A stretch of 64,000 nt of DNA from an uncultured Planctomycetia bacterium (GTDB lineage Bacteria; Omnitrophota; Gorgyraeia; Duberdicusellales; 4484-171). Position numbers and translations under genes: made by a program. The notes below the pieces were generated by a model, which ran no database searches, had not been told where the DNA came from, and saw only the letters and a list, made by a program, of their open reading frames with translations. The first letter of the stretch is position 1, and each line of letters opens with the position of its first letter. The stretch spans positions 442,480 to 506,479 of the forward strand of contig CAZAYU010000001.1 in assembly GCA_964489445.1 (NCBI GenBank), written 5' to 3'. This document shows positions 22,061 through 30,460 of this stretch, in pieces.

Positions 22061-22130
22061 TTTCTTTCTAAACCTCACCCTTAACCTTTCTTCTTCTCTT
22101 CTACTTTTTCCTTTAACCTTTAACCTTTAT
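22061..22130 (-). repeat. purine-rich short-repeat tract T2 (3' end of GH1 gene)
   Basis: AAAGGTT AAAGGTT AAAGGAA ... TAGAAGAGAA ... AAGGTT AAGGGT GAGGTT TAG. Confidence 0.7.
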
Positions 22131-23355
22131 CATTTTCTTCCTGCCCAACATCCACCGTATTCTCTTTACATATTTTAGCATAAGTAAACGCAAACTTTCG
22201 TATTTTTCTTTCCATAGTTTGATAATCTACATCTAGCAACCCGAACCTATGTTTAAAACCTTTATCCCATTCGAAATTATCCAATAACGACCACCAAAAA
22301 TATCCTCTGATATCAGCTCCTTTTTCCCTTGCTTTGACTAAGCTTTTTATGTGACTAATTAAGAAATCTTCGTAATAACCTTCTTCTTTCTCCGCTGTTC
22401 CGTTTTCCGTAACAATAATCGGCAGCTTAAATTTGCTTACTGCTGTAAGCACTTTAAGAAAACCTTGTGAATAAACATTCCAGCCAAGATGGTTCACTCT
22501 TTCCGGAGCATTTTGATAATTACAGCTTTCGCCCCACAAACCTTTCGATTTAACATACTCCTTGCAATAATAATTTACTCCGATAAAGTCCAAACTCCGA
22601 CGCCGACAAAGATAGTCAACCATCCAAAAATTAAAAGATTTATTGCGTAAAAAAGCAGAAAAGGAATTAGCCAAAAAATTACCTTCCGGGCAACCAGAAA
22701 ACACTCGAAAATGTTTAGCTAAAGAAATCTGCGGTTTAGCCAAAGACCCTTGATAAATGCTATTTATTTCTTGATATCCAACAAGATAAGCATTCAATAT
22801 ATTTTTTAAAGCTTTCCGGGCATCTACTAATGATTTTTTTCCCGGAGGCCAGATGCCAGATAAAAAACCGTTATAAATATAAACTAATGGCTCATTAAAA
22901 ATAAGCCAAGTATCGACTTTATCTTTCAAAGACCCAACTATTGTCTTTAGATAAGTAATAAAATAATCAACACTCTTAGGGCCAAGCCAGCCTCCTTCAC
23001 CCATAAACCAAAGTGGATTAGTGAAATGATGCAAAGTAACCACGGGCTTGATGCCTTGCTCCAGTAAACAATCTATAACTTTTTGATAATGAGCTATTTC
23101 TTGCTCTGAGACAATATTGCTGGCAGGATAAATTCGAGGCCACTCTACAGACAGCCTTACTGATTTAAGATTAAGTTCTCTGGCTAACTTGAAATCTTTT
23201 TCAAACAAATTGTAGTGATCACAAGCTCGCCCTGCTTCCTCTAACTTCTTCTCTTTTTCCCAGCTAAACCAATCCGAATTAAAATTACCTCCTTCGCATT
23301 GATATCCTGAAAGAGACGCACCCCATAAAAAAGAGGAAGGAAATTTAATCTGCAT
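22120..23355 (-). CDS. glycoside hydrolase family 1 (beta-glucosidase-like)
   Basis: YQCEG, TLHHF, NEP acid/base, TENG nucleophile, DNFEW. Confidence 0.93.
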   Translation of the reverse strand: MQIKFPSSFLWGASLSGYQCEGGNFNSDWFSWEKEKKLEEAGRACDHYNLFEKDFKLARELNLKSVRLSVEWPRIYPASNIVSEQEIAHYQKVIDCLLEQGIKPVVTLHHFTNPLWFMGEGGWLGPKSVDYFITYLKTIVGSLKDKVDTWLIFNEPLVYIYNGFLSGIWPPGKKSLVDARKALKNILNAYLVGYQEINSIYQGSLAKPQISLAKHFRVFSGCPEGNFLANSFSAFLRNKSFNFWMVDYLCRRRSLDFIGVNYYCKEYVKSKGLWGESCNYQNAPERVNHLGWNVYSQGFLKVLTAVSKFKLPIIVTENGTAEKEEGYYEDFLISHIKSLVKAREKGADIRGYFWWSLLDNFEWDKGFKHRFGLLDVDYQTMERKIRKFAFTYAKICKENTVDVGQEENDKG

Positions 23356-23415
23356 ACACTTAAAATTAGAAATTTTATTTTAGTCAATTAGCAAAAGCGC
23401 ATTTTTTATCGACCT

Positions 23416-23811
23416 TTAATCAGCAAGAGCTTCTAGAGCTGCATCGTTGTTGTTAGAAGAAAATATAATTATCGATGATTTTCCCGGTTCTGCGGTTGTG
23501 CCATATATATAATTAAGATCAATTTCGCGCGCCTTAAGTTTGGCAACAAGCATCGCAAGCTGTCCGATTTCATCCGGCAAATTTACAATAATTACTTCTT
23601 TTTCTTCAATATTCCCTAGCCCCTTAAGAGCCTCTTTAATCTTACTATTATCGGAAGTCACTAACCTGAAAAAAGCTTTGCTGTCTGCTGCCCAAGCAGA
23701 AACACTTTTAATATTTACTCCGCTACCAGTAATTGCTCCGGCTACTTCGGCTAATTTACCGGTTTTATTTTCAGTTCCAATAAGCATCTCGATAGCTTTT
23801 TCTCCCTGCAT
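23416..23811 (-). CDS. tandem ACT-domain protein
   Basis: ENKTGKLA...GVNI and PDEIGQLA...IDLNYIY double ACT pattern; GGAGG SD. Confidence 0.8.
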   Translation of the reverse strand: MQGEKAIEMLIGTENKTGKLAEVAGAITGSGVNIKSVSAWAADSKAFFRLVTSDNSKIKEALKGLGNIEEKEVIIVNLPDEIGQLAMLVAKLKAREIDLNYIYGTTAEPGKSSIIIFSSNNNDAALEALAD

Positions 23812-24016
23812 GTTTTCCTCCTTTTTGAAGCTATACTTATAATCTTATTAAATTCTATAGCAAAATATTAATTGTTCAAGCCATTTGTTCATTTCATAAA
23901 CTACGATCATCCCAGTACAAAGTCTATTCTTTCTATTTTTATTTCGCCTGAACAAAAATAATAAATAAGAATAATCTGGTTTATATTTTAAAATTTTATG
24001 ATACTATACTTAGCAT

Positions 24017-25969
24017 ATGAAAACTTACAAGTTATCCCCCTTTTTTTCTGATGCAGAAATAGACTACAACGAAAATTTAAATCCTCAGCAATTACAGGTA
24101 GTAACAGAGTCTGAAGGGCCTTCTTTAGTCCTTGCCGGAGCCGGAAGCGGAAAAACAAGAGTTTTAATCTACCGGTTGGCTTATCTTCTCAAAAAAGGAA
24201 TTTTACCTAGAAATATACTTCTGGTTACTTTTACTAATCGAGCAGCTAACGAGATGCTTTATCGTGCAGAAACACTTCTTAAATCAACGCTTACAAACCT
24301 CTGGGCTGGAACATTTCATCACATCGGCAATATCACGTTAAGAAGGGAGGCGCGTAGTTTAGGATATTCTTCTAGCTTTACTATCCTTGACAAAGAAGAC
24401 GCTAAAGATTTAATTTCTGATTGCCTTCAAGAACTAGGTGTTAACAAAAAAGATAAACTGCTTCCTAAAAAAGAAGTTATTTACAATCTAAACAGTTTAG
24501 CATCCAGCTCTCAAAAGCCAGTAGAAAAAATAATTAGCCAATCATACTCTAAGCTTGAAGAGTACACCTCCTTAATAAAAAAAACATTAATTCTTTATAT
24601 ACGCAAGAAACAAGAAACCAATGTTATGGACTTTGGCGATCTTCTCACTAATTGGTTAAAAATATTACAAAATGAAGAAACTCGAAAAAAATACGCAGAT
24701 AACTTTCAGTATCTTCTTGTCGATGAATATCAAGACACCAATAAACTGCAATTTGAAATATTAAAACTGCTTGCTTCCGAAAATAAAAATATTTTAGCTG
24801 TAGGCGACGATGCTCAATCAATATATTCTTTCCGGGCTGCGGAAATAAACAATATTCTAAATTTTCCTAAAACATTTTCCGGAACAAAAATTTATAAATT
24901 ACAAACAAATTACCGCTCCAGCCCACAAATTCTCTCACTGGCTAACGAGATCATAAAACATAATGTCAATCAATTCCCTAAAGTTTTAAAGGCTGTCAAA
25001 GCATCCGGAGAAATGCCTTACATTGTAAAAACAAAAGATGTCTATCAGCAAGCTAGATTCATCGGGCAAAGAGTATTAGAGCTAAATTCTGAAGGAATTC
25101 CTCTAAAGGAAACTGCTATTCTTTTTCGTTCACGCTTCCAAGCATTGGAATTGGAAATGGAATTGTTCAAAAGAAATATTCCGTATATCGTAAGGGGAGG
25201 TTTAAGATTTTTTGAACAAGCCCACATAAAAGACGTACTCTCATATTTAAAAATAATCATCAACCCACAAGATGAGCTTGCATTTAAGCGGGCAATTTGC
25301 TTACATAAAGGAATAGGCAGAGGCTATTCTCATAAAATATGGAAAAAACTAATTAAAGAAAAAAAGTGTTCATCCCAAGTAGGAGAATCGCTGCCTACCC
25401 GACAACGAAAAGGATTTGAAGATTTTTTTCCTCTTTTTGAAAGCTTAAAAACACTGAAACATCCAGAACTTTGTCTTCGGGAAATTTTAAAAACATATCA
25501 TGATTACTGCTATCTTTCTTTTGATAACGCTGATGAACGCTTTCTCGACTTAGAAGAATTAGCCAAAATGGCTTCTAGCTATTCTACATTAAAGACTTTT
25601 CTCCTCGACTTAGGATCGTTTGAAGAATTCAAGGGTGGAACTACTTTAAGCGGAGCACAAAAAGACGAAGCATTGGTGCTCTCCACTATTCATCAGGCAA
25701 AAGGTCTTGAATGGGAAGCAGTATTTATTATTGGCTTCTGTGACTATGATTTTCCGCATCCTAAAGCCCTAAACTCCGAAGGGGCCCTTGAAGAAGAAAG
25801 AAGACTTTTTTATGTAGCAGCTACGCGCAGCAAATCTATCCTGCATATCACTTATCCGCAGATGAAGTACACTTTTAAAAACGGATTAGTTATCACCCGG
25901 CCCTCGATGTTTTTTTATGAGCTTCCCCCACACACTTACGAAGAAATCCAGATTGAAGAAGGATTTTAA
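24017..25969 (+). CDS. UvrD/PcrA/Rep-family ATP-dependent DNA helicase
   Basis: AGAGSGKT, VDEYQDTN, VGDDAQSIYSFR, NYRS, TIHQAKGLEW, EERRLFYVA. Confidence 0.95.
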   Translation: MKTYKLSPFFSDAEIDYNENLNPQQLQVVTESEGPSLVLAGAGSGKTRVLIYRLAYLLKKGILPRNILLVTFTNRAANEMLYRAETLLKSTLTNLWAGTFHHIGNITLRREARSLGYSSSFTILDKEDAKDLISDCLQELGVNKKDKLLPKKEVIYNLNSLASSSQKPVEKIISQSYSKLEEYTSLIKKTLILYIRKKQETNVMDFGDLLTNWLKILQNEETRKKYADNFQYLLVDEYQDTNKLQFEILKLLASENKNILAVGDDAQSIYSFRAAEINNILNFPKTFSGTKIYKLQTNYRSSPQILSLANEIIKHNVNQFPKVLKAVKASGEMPYIVKTKDVYQQARFIGQRVLELNSEGIPLKETAILFRSRFQALELEMELFKRNIPYIVRGGLRFFEQAHIKDVLSYLKIIINPQDELAFKRAICLHKGIGRGYSHKIWKKLIKEKKCSSQVGESLPTRQRKGFEDFFPLFESLKTLKHPELCLREILKTYHDYCYLSFDNADERFLDLEELAKMASSYSTLKTFLLDLGSFEEFKGGTTLSGAQKDEALVLSTIHQAKGLEWEAVFIIGFCDYDFPHPKALNSEGALEEERRLFYVAATRSKSILHITYPQMKYTFKNGLVITRPSMFFYELPPHTYEEIQIEEGF

Positions 25970-26006
25970 TACTTCCGGTTGGCAATAATAAAGTTCCACT
26001 AATTTA

Positions 26007-26468
26007 TTACGTAGAATAAAAATCTAGCCAAAAATCAGAATCGTCTATATCAAAAACTAATTCTAATTGTAAATCAGCCACCGCACTTTGAAAATTACTT
26101 CTTTGGATGGTAAACGGTACAACCAATACTCCCAGTAAAATAATTATTGATACAAATGCTAACTGTACCGGATAGGACACCCTAAGGCGCAAGCTTTTAT
26201 TAATTGCATTGCAAGCTGTCTTAACGCGTGAAAACAAATCATCACGAACCCCACCCATTGCTTCCACCTTTTTAGCAATATCGACAATATCACGACTATC
26301 AATATTCAAAGGTTTTCGATCAATGTCAAAAAGCATCTCTTCCAAGGCACTATACTGCTTCCGGCACACTGAACATTGTTTAATATGTATCTTGAGCATT
26401 TCTTGGCGAACACTTTCTGAATCTTTATAGTGCAAAAGAATTAATTCATCCTTACTCGGACAATTCAT
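26007..26468 (-). CDS. zinc-binding (ZAS) anti-sigma factor
   Basis: MNCP...HIKQCSVC (HxxxCxxC) plus one TM helix, directly after the ECF sigma gene; ATG at 26468. Confidence 0.8.
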   Translation of the reverse strand: MNCPSKDELILLHYKDSESVRQEMLKIHIKQCSVCRKQYSALEEMLFDIDRKPLNIDSRDIVDIAKKVEAMGGVRDDLFSRVKTACNAINKSLRLRVSYPVQLAFVSIIILLGVLVVPFTIQRSNFQSAVADLQLELVFDIDDSDFWLDFYST

Positions 26469-27015
26469 GTTGCGCCTCCTGTCTTTTTCTAATATTATCA
26501 ACCGCTCTTTCTAGGTGAGTTTTCACGCTGCTAGCTGAACACTTTAAGATTTCGGCAATCTCTTTAATTTTAAATCCTTGATAATGTTTTAAGATAAACA
26601 CATTTTTTTGTCTTAAAGGCAAACCCGATACAATTTTTTCTATTAAACGTTTTTTATCTCTTACTAATACTTCTTCCCTTAAGTCAGGATTTTTCCGAAA
26701 ATCTTCAGTGTAACGAATTTTCAAATTATAATTTCTGTTTCTTCTTCTTAATGAATCTATTGAAGAATTCATTGTCACTCGATATATCCAGCTGGAAAAC
26801 TTAGCTTCTCGTCTAAAAAAATGTAATTTTTTATATAAAATTAAAAGAACTGACTGTAAAACATCTTTGGCACTTTCTAAATTACCCGTATAGCGATAAG
26901 CGATATTTACAATATCTTGCCCGATTAAAACCGCCAACTCCGTAAACGACTCGCTATTTCCTTTTCGGAAGCTATCTGCGAGCTTATTTATTGTTTCCTC
27001 TTTATGGACAAGCAT
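26452..27015 (-). CDS. ECF RNA polymerase sigma factor
   Basis: Region 2 (AKDVLQ..FSSWIYRVTMN) and region 4 (EIAEILKCSASSVKTHLERA). Confidence 0.92.
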   Translation of the reverse strand: MLVHKEETINKLADSFRKGNSESFTELAVLIGQDIVNIAYRYTGNLESAKDVLQSVLLILYKKLHFFRREAKFSSWIYRVTMNSSIDSLRRRNRNYNLKIRYTEDFRKNPDLREEVLVRDKKRLIEKIVSGLPLRQKNVFILKHYQGFKIKEIAEILKCSASSVKTHLERAVDNIRKRQEAQHELSE

Positions 27016-27069
27016 ACACTAATTCTACCTTAAATATCCCTCCCGGCAATCAAACAAATCATTTATGAC

Positions 27070-27825
27070 TTATTTCTCTTCCTCATTCTCAAGCGTACCG
27101 ATTAACTCTTGATAAGCATCCGGATTCTCTTCCTTAAGCCATCTTAATTTTTCCTTTAAGTATTCCGGTTTAAGTTTTTTAAGCTTATTAAATTTTCCTG
27201 GATAACGCTTTTTCCCCTTAACTACTCTTTGTCCAAGTTCGTCTTTCGCGCTTTGAATAACCTCGGTATACTCTTGAGGGTTATCTTCGCGAAGCTTTGC
27301 TAATTCATCATATTTTGCTTTTATCGCTTTACTTAAATATTTCTGATATTTTTCTCTTAGCGCAACAATCTTTTTCTGCTGTGACTTAGAAAGAGTTTCA
27401 AAAATTAACCCTTTTTGCAATTTACCATTATTTTTCCTTTGAGGCATCTTAGTCAGCTGCGCTTTACATTCAGCCATATTTTTCTGGAAATGTTTATTTT
27501 TCCTTGATCTTCTTCTTTTCTTTTGCAAACTACTTTGAGCCTCTATCAACACTTCCTTAAACTCTAAAGGGTTCTCATCTCTCATCCTTAGTAACTCTTC
27601 CTTTCTTTGCCTAAGTTTAATCCCCAAAACTTCTTTGAATTTTTCTCTGTCTTCTACTTTTAACACCATAATTTCTGATATTTCTTCCTCTGACAAAGTT
27701 TCTAGAACTAAAACGGCTATCCGCCGCTTATTATTCATAGCCTCGTTATTTTCGGCAAAACAATGACCAATCAACACAAAACAAACCCCCCACACCACTA
27801 ATAAGTTGAATGCTACCTTTTTCAT
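27070..27825 (-). CDS. secreted, highly charged helical protein with internal repeats
   Basis: AGGAGG SD, signal peptide MKKVAF...HCFA; repeated ETLS and (L/M)(R/K)(D/E)(D/E)NP motifs. Confidence 0.7.
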   Translation of the reverse strand: MKKVAFNLLVVWGVCFVLIGHCFAENNEAMNNKRRIAVLVLETLSEEEISEIMVLKVEDREKFKEVLGIKLRQRKEELLRMRDENPLEFKEVLIEAQSSLQKKRRRSRKNKHFQKNMAECKAQLTKMPQRKNNGKLQKGLIFETLSKSQQKKIVALREKYQKYLSKAIKAKYDELAKLREDNPQEYTEVIQSAKDELGQRVVKGKKRYPGKFNKLKKLKPEYLKEKLRWLKEENPDAYQELIGTLENEEEK

Positions 27826-27889
27826 TTCAAACACCTCCTGTTTATTTTAAATAAATCACCAATTATTGCCCTTTTCCTCTCCTATACAA

Positions 27890-27919
27890 TTAGACGCTGC
27901 ATTTATAAAAAAAGTTGAC
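27890..27919 (-). promoter_or_regulatory. ECF-type promoter
   Basis: GTCAAC-17 nt-CGTCTAA upstream of the operon containing the ECF sigma gene. Confidence 0.7.
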
Positions 27920-28041
27920 ACAGCTCTTAAAATATTATTTAATACCCACAGAAAGATAGTCGAGGTAATAATAGATGCTACTCATCAATCAACCTTAGAT
28001 ATAAACAATTACTCGGCAAACAAAGAATAGACAAACTTAGG

Positions 28042-28512
28042 ATGCAAATGGATTATTCAAAAAAACTGATTGCTATTTTAAAAAAGAAAAAACTTTCCTT
28101 ATCTTTTGCTGAATCATGCAGCGGTGGCTATGTTTCTTTTTTAATTACTAAAGTTCCCGGATGTTCAGAAGTATTTAAGGGATCAGCTGTTGTTTATTCA
28201 TTAGATACAAAAAATGCATTATTTAAATTACCCAAAGCACTCTTAAAAAAAAGCCAAGGAGTCTCCAGGAAAGTTTCCAGTCTGCTAGCTGAAAAAGTAA
28301 AAATAACATTCAACAGTTCTGTTGGTGCGTCTATAGTTGGTTTTGCCGGCCCTAAAACAAAAAAAGGAGTAAAAGCTGGAACTGTATATCTGGCAGTAAG
28401 CTTTAACCAAAAAACATTTATTAAAAAAATAATTATTCCTGGCTCTCGCGATGCTGTACGCAGAAAAGCAAGCCAAATACTAATTGAGATGGTTTATAAT
28501 ACACTTGTTTAG
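28042..28512 (+). CDS. CinA C-terminal domain protein / NMN deamidase (PncC-like)
   Basis: AESCSGG, PGCSEVF, GFAGP, GTVY, R..VR motifs. Confidence 0.85.
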   Translation: MQMDYSKKLIAILKKKKLSLSFAESCSGGYVSFLITKVPGCSEVFKGSAVVYSLDTKNALFKLPKALLKKSQGVSRKVSSLLAEKVKITFNSSVGASIVGFAGPKTKKGVKAGTVYLAVSFNQKTFIKKIIIPGSRDAVRRKASQILIEMVYNTLV

Positions 28513-28594
28513 TCTAAAGAAGATGCACCCAAAATAAAACTACTGCTATTAAAAAACATAGACTTTTTAGTATATACTGCATATTTACAACCCA

Positions 28595-29152
28595 ATGTTA
28601 CCAATGAGATTATTTATTGCCATTAACTTACCCTCTAAGATAAAGGAAAAAATTGCCTTCATTCAAAATACTTTACGAGATTGTAAATTAAACGCTAAGT
28701 GGGTTAACCCACCAAATATCCATCTAACTCTTAAATTCTTAGGAAGTATTCCGAAAAGAAAAGTTCCAAAAATAAAAGAAGCGCTAGATAACACAGCTAT
28801 TAAATTTAAAGTTTTTGACTTAGCGTTAAGTGGCTTTGGTTTTTTCCCCAACGATAGGCAACCACGAATTTTTTTTATAAATACCGAAAAAGAAATAATA
28901 TTAGAGGATATCTACAAAAACTTAGAAGATAAATTAGAAGCTATTGGCTTCCAGAAACAGGCAAAATTTTCATCCCATATTACTTTAGCCCGCTTAAAAA
29001 CCACACAAAATATTAAGCAGTTTCAAGATAAGATAAAGAACATTTCGTTTGGTGAAACTTTTCTTGTGCAGAATATTGCTTTATATAAAAGCGTATTAAC
29101 TAAAGAAGGGCCAATTTACGAAATAATCGAAAGAAGCAGATTAACAGCCTGA
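28595..29152 (+). CDS. thpR: RNA 2',3'-cyclic phosphodiesterase
   Basis: RLFIAI, two 2H motifs HLTL and HITL, GPIY. Confidence 0.92.
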   Translation: MLPMRLFIAINLPSKIKEKIAFIQNTLRDCKLNAKWVNPPNIHLTLKFLGSIPKRKVPKIKEALDNTAIKFKVFDLALSGFGFFPNDRQPRIFFINTEKEIILEDIYKNLEDKLEAIGFQKQAKFSSHITLARLKTTQNIKQFQDKIKNISFGETFLVQNIALYKSVLTKEGPIYEIIERSRLTA

Positions 29153-29589
29153 ATAATACCCAAAGCATAAATTCCGGCTATTAAATCATCGCCAACAATT
29201 CCTAATGAACCGTGCAATTCTTCAATTTTATTAGCCGGAGGGATCTTGATCATATCCAGCATTCTAAATAAAAAAAATCCGCAGATTATAAATTCTAATC
29301 TCCGGGGAATAAATAAAAAAGTAACTAACATTCCAGAAAAATCATCAATTACAATTTTCTTACAATCCTTTACCCCATATAGCTTCTCTGCTTTTCCGGA
29401 TACCAGAAAAGCAACAACCAAAGACACTAATGTAATAATTAAAAAATAAAATTGACTCTTTACAAGCAAAAAAACCAATAATGCCACCACACAAGAAGCT
29501 GTTCCCGGCATCATCGGAAAATATCCTACCCCAGACAACGTTGCCAATATTAATATAGCTTTATCTCTCAAACTGTTATTTTTTTTCAT
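29116..29589 (-). CDS. pgpA: phosphatidylglycerophosphatase A
   Basis: PGT, IVIDD, FRMLDMIK, GIVGDDLIAG. Confidence 0.9.
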   Translation of the reverse strand: MKKNNSLRDKAILILATLSGVGYFPMMPGTASCVVALLVFLLVKSQFYFLIITLVSLVVAFLVSGKAEKLYGVKDCKKIVIDDFSGMLVTFLFIPRRLEFIICGFFLFRMLDMIKIPPANKIEELHGSLGIVGDDLIAGIYALGIIQAVNLLLSIIS

Positions 29590-29657
29590 TACCCCTCGTT
29601 ATTGGTTAAATAATTAGTAGTTTTTATGATTAAAGATTACAAGATAAGAAATAATCA

Positions 29658-29730
29658 TATCGTCTATCTTCCATCATCTATCGTCCATCGTTTTTTCACT
29701 TACCCCTTAATCCTTATCTCTTAATCCTAC
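29658..29730 (-). repeat. purine-rich short-repeat tract T3 (pgsA-pgpA junction)
   Basis: GGATTAA GAGATAA GGATTAA GGGGTAA then GATGGAC GATAGAT GATGGAA GATAGAC. Confidence 0.75.
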
Positions 29731-29768
29731 ATTATCCATCTTCCACCTTGAAGGTGGCAATTGGTTTT
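29731..29768. repeat. solo copy of the 40-bp palindrome-cored element (38 bp)
   Basis: attatccatcttccaccttgaaggtggcaattggtttt; differs from the copies at 38960 and 40068 only by two single-T deletions. Confidence 0.9.
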
Positions 29769-29774
29769 TCCAAT

Positions 29775-30341
29775 TTAAAACGTTCGAATTGACCGACGAT
29801 TTGCCCAGAAATAATAAATTCCAGAGTATAAAGTTATAGCCACGATGTACCACATCAAAATCGGAATAAGTGTTTGTTGCAAAAAATAAACTGCCCGGCT
29901 TCCAGGAAAAATCCTAGACAAAATAAGTGAAATTAGAATCATAAAAGCTCCAATAATCTGAGAAAGAGTCTTATGCTTTCCCAAGCTTCTTGCTTCTAAA
30001 ACTACTCCCTTATTTAGGCTATACAATCGCAACCCAGTAACTACAAATTCTCTGAGCATTATCACACTGACCATCCAGGCATTAATAATTCCTAATTGCA
30101 AAAAAGCACAAAACACCCCGATGATTAATATCTTATCAGCAATCGGATCTAAAAGCTTCCCTAAGTCCGAAGTTAAGTTATGCTTTCTAGCTAAAAATCC
30201 ATCAAAAAAGTCAGTTACCGAAGCAAGCGAAAAAACTACAAGAGCTAGTATAGTCGATAAAAAACTATTCTTTATAATCAGTCCAATACAGATAAATGCT
30301 AGTAATATTCGTAAAATAGTCAGCTTATTAGGAGTATTCAT
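29775..30341 (-). CDS. pgsA: CDP-diacylglycerol--glycerol-3-phosphate 3-phosphatidyltransferase
   Basis: PNKLTILR, TDFFDGFLAR, GKLLDPIADK, RE..VTGLR, GKHKT. Confidence 0.95.
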   Translation of the reverse strand: MNTPNKLTILRILLAFICIGLIIKNSFLSTILALVVFSLASVTDFFDGFLARKHNLTSDLGKLLDPIADKILIIGVFCAFLQLGIINAWMVSVIMLREFVVTGLRLYSLNKGVVLEARSLGKHKTLSQIIGAFMILISLILSRIFPGSRAVYFLQQTLIPILMWYIVAITLYSGIYYFWANRRSIRTF

Positions 30342-30460
30342 ATTTACTTAATTAGTTAAATATTTAGTTTTTTACTATACATACACTATGAAATTCAAAA
30401 ACCAGATAACAAAAGACAATTATTTGCTTCTTATTCTTCCTCTATTATTCATATTTTTCA

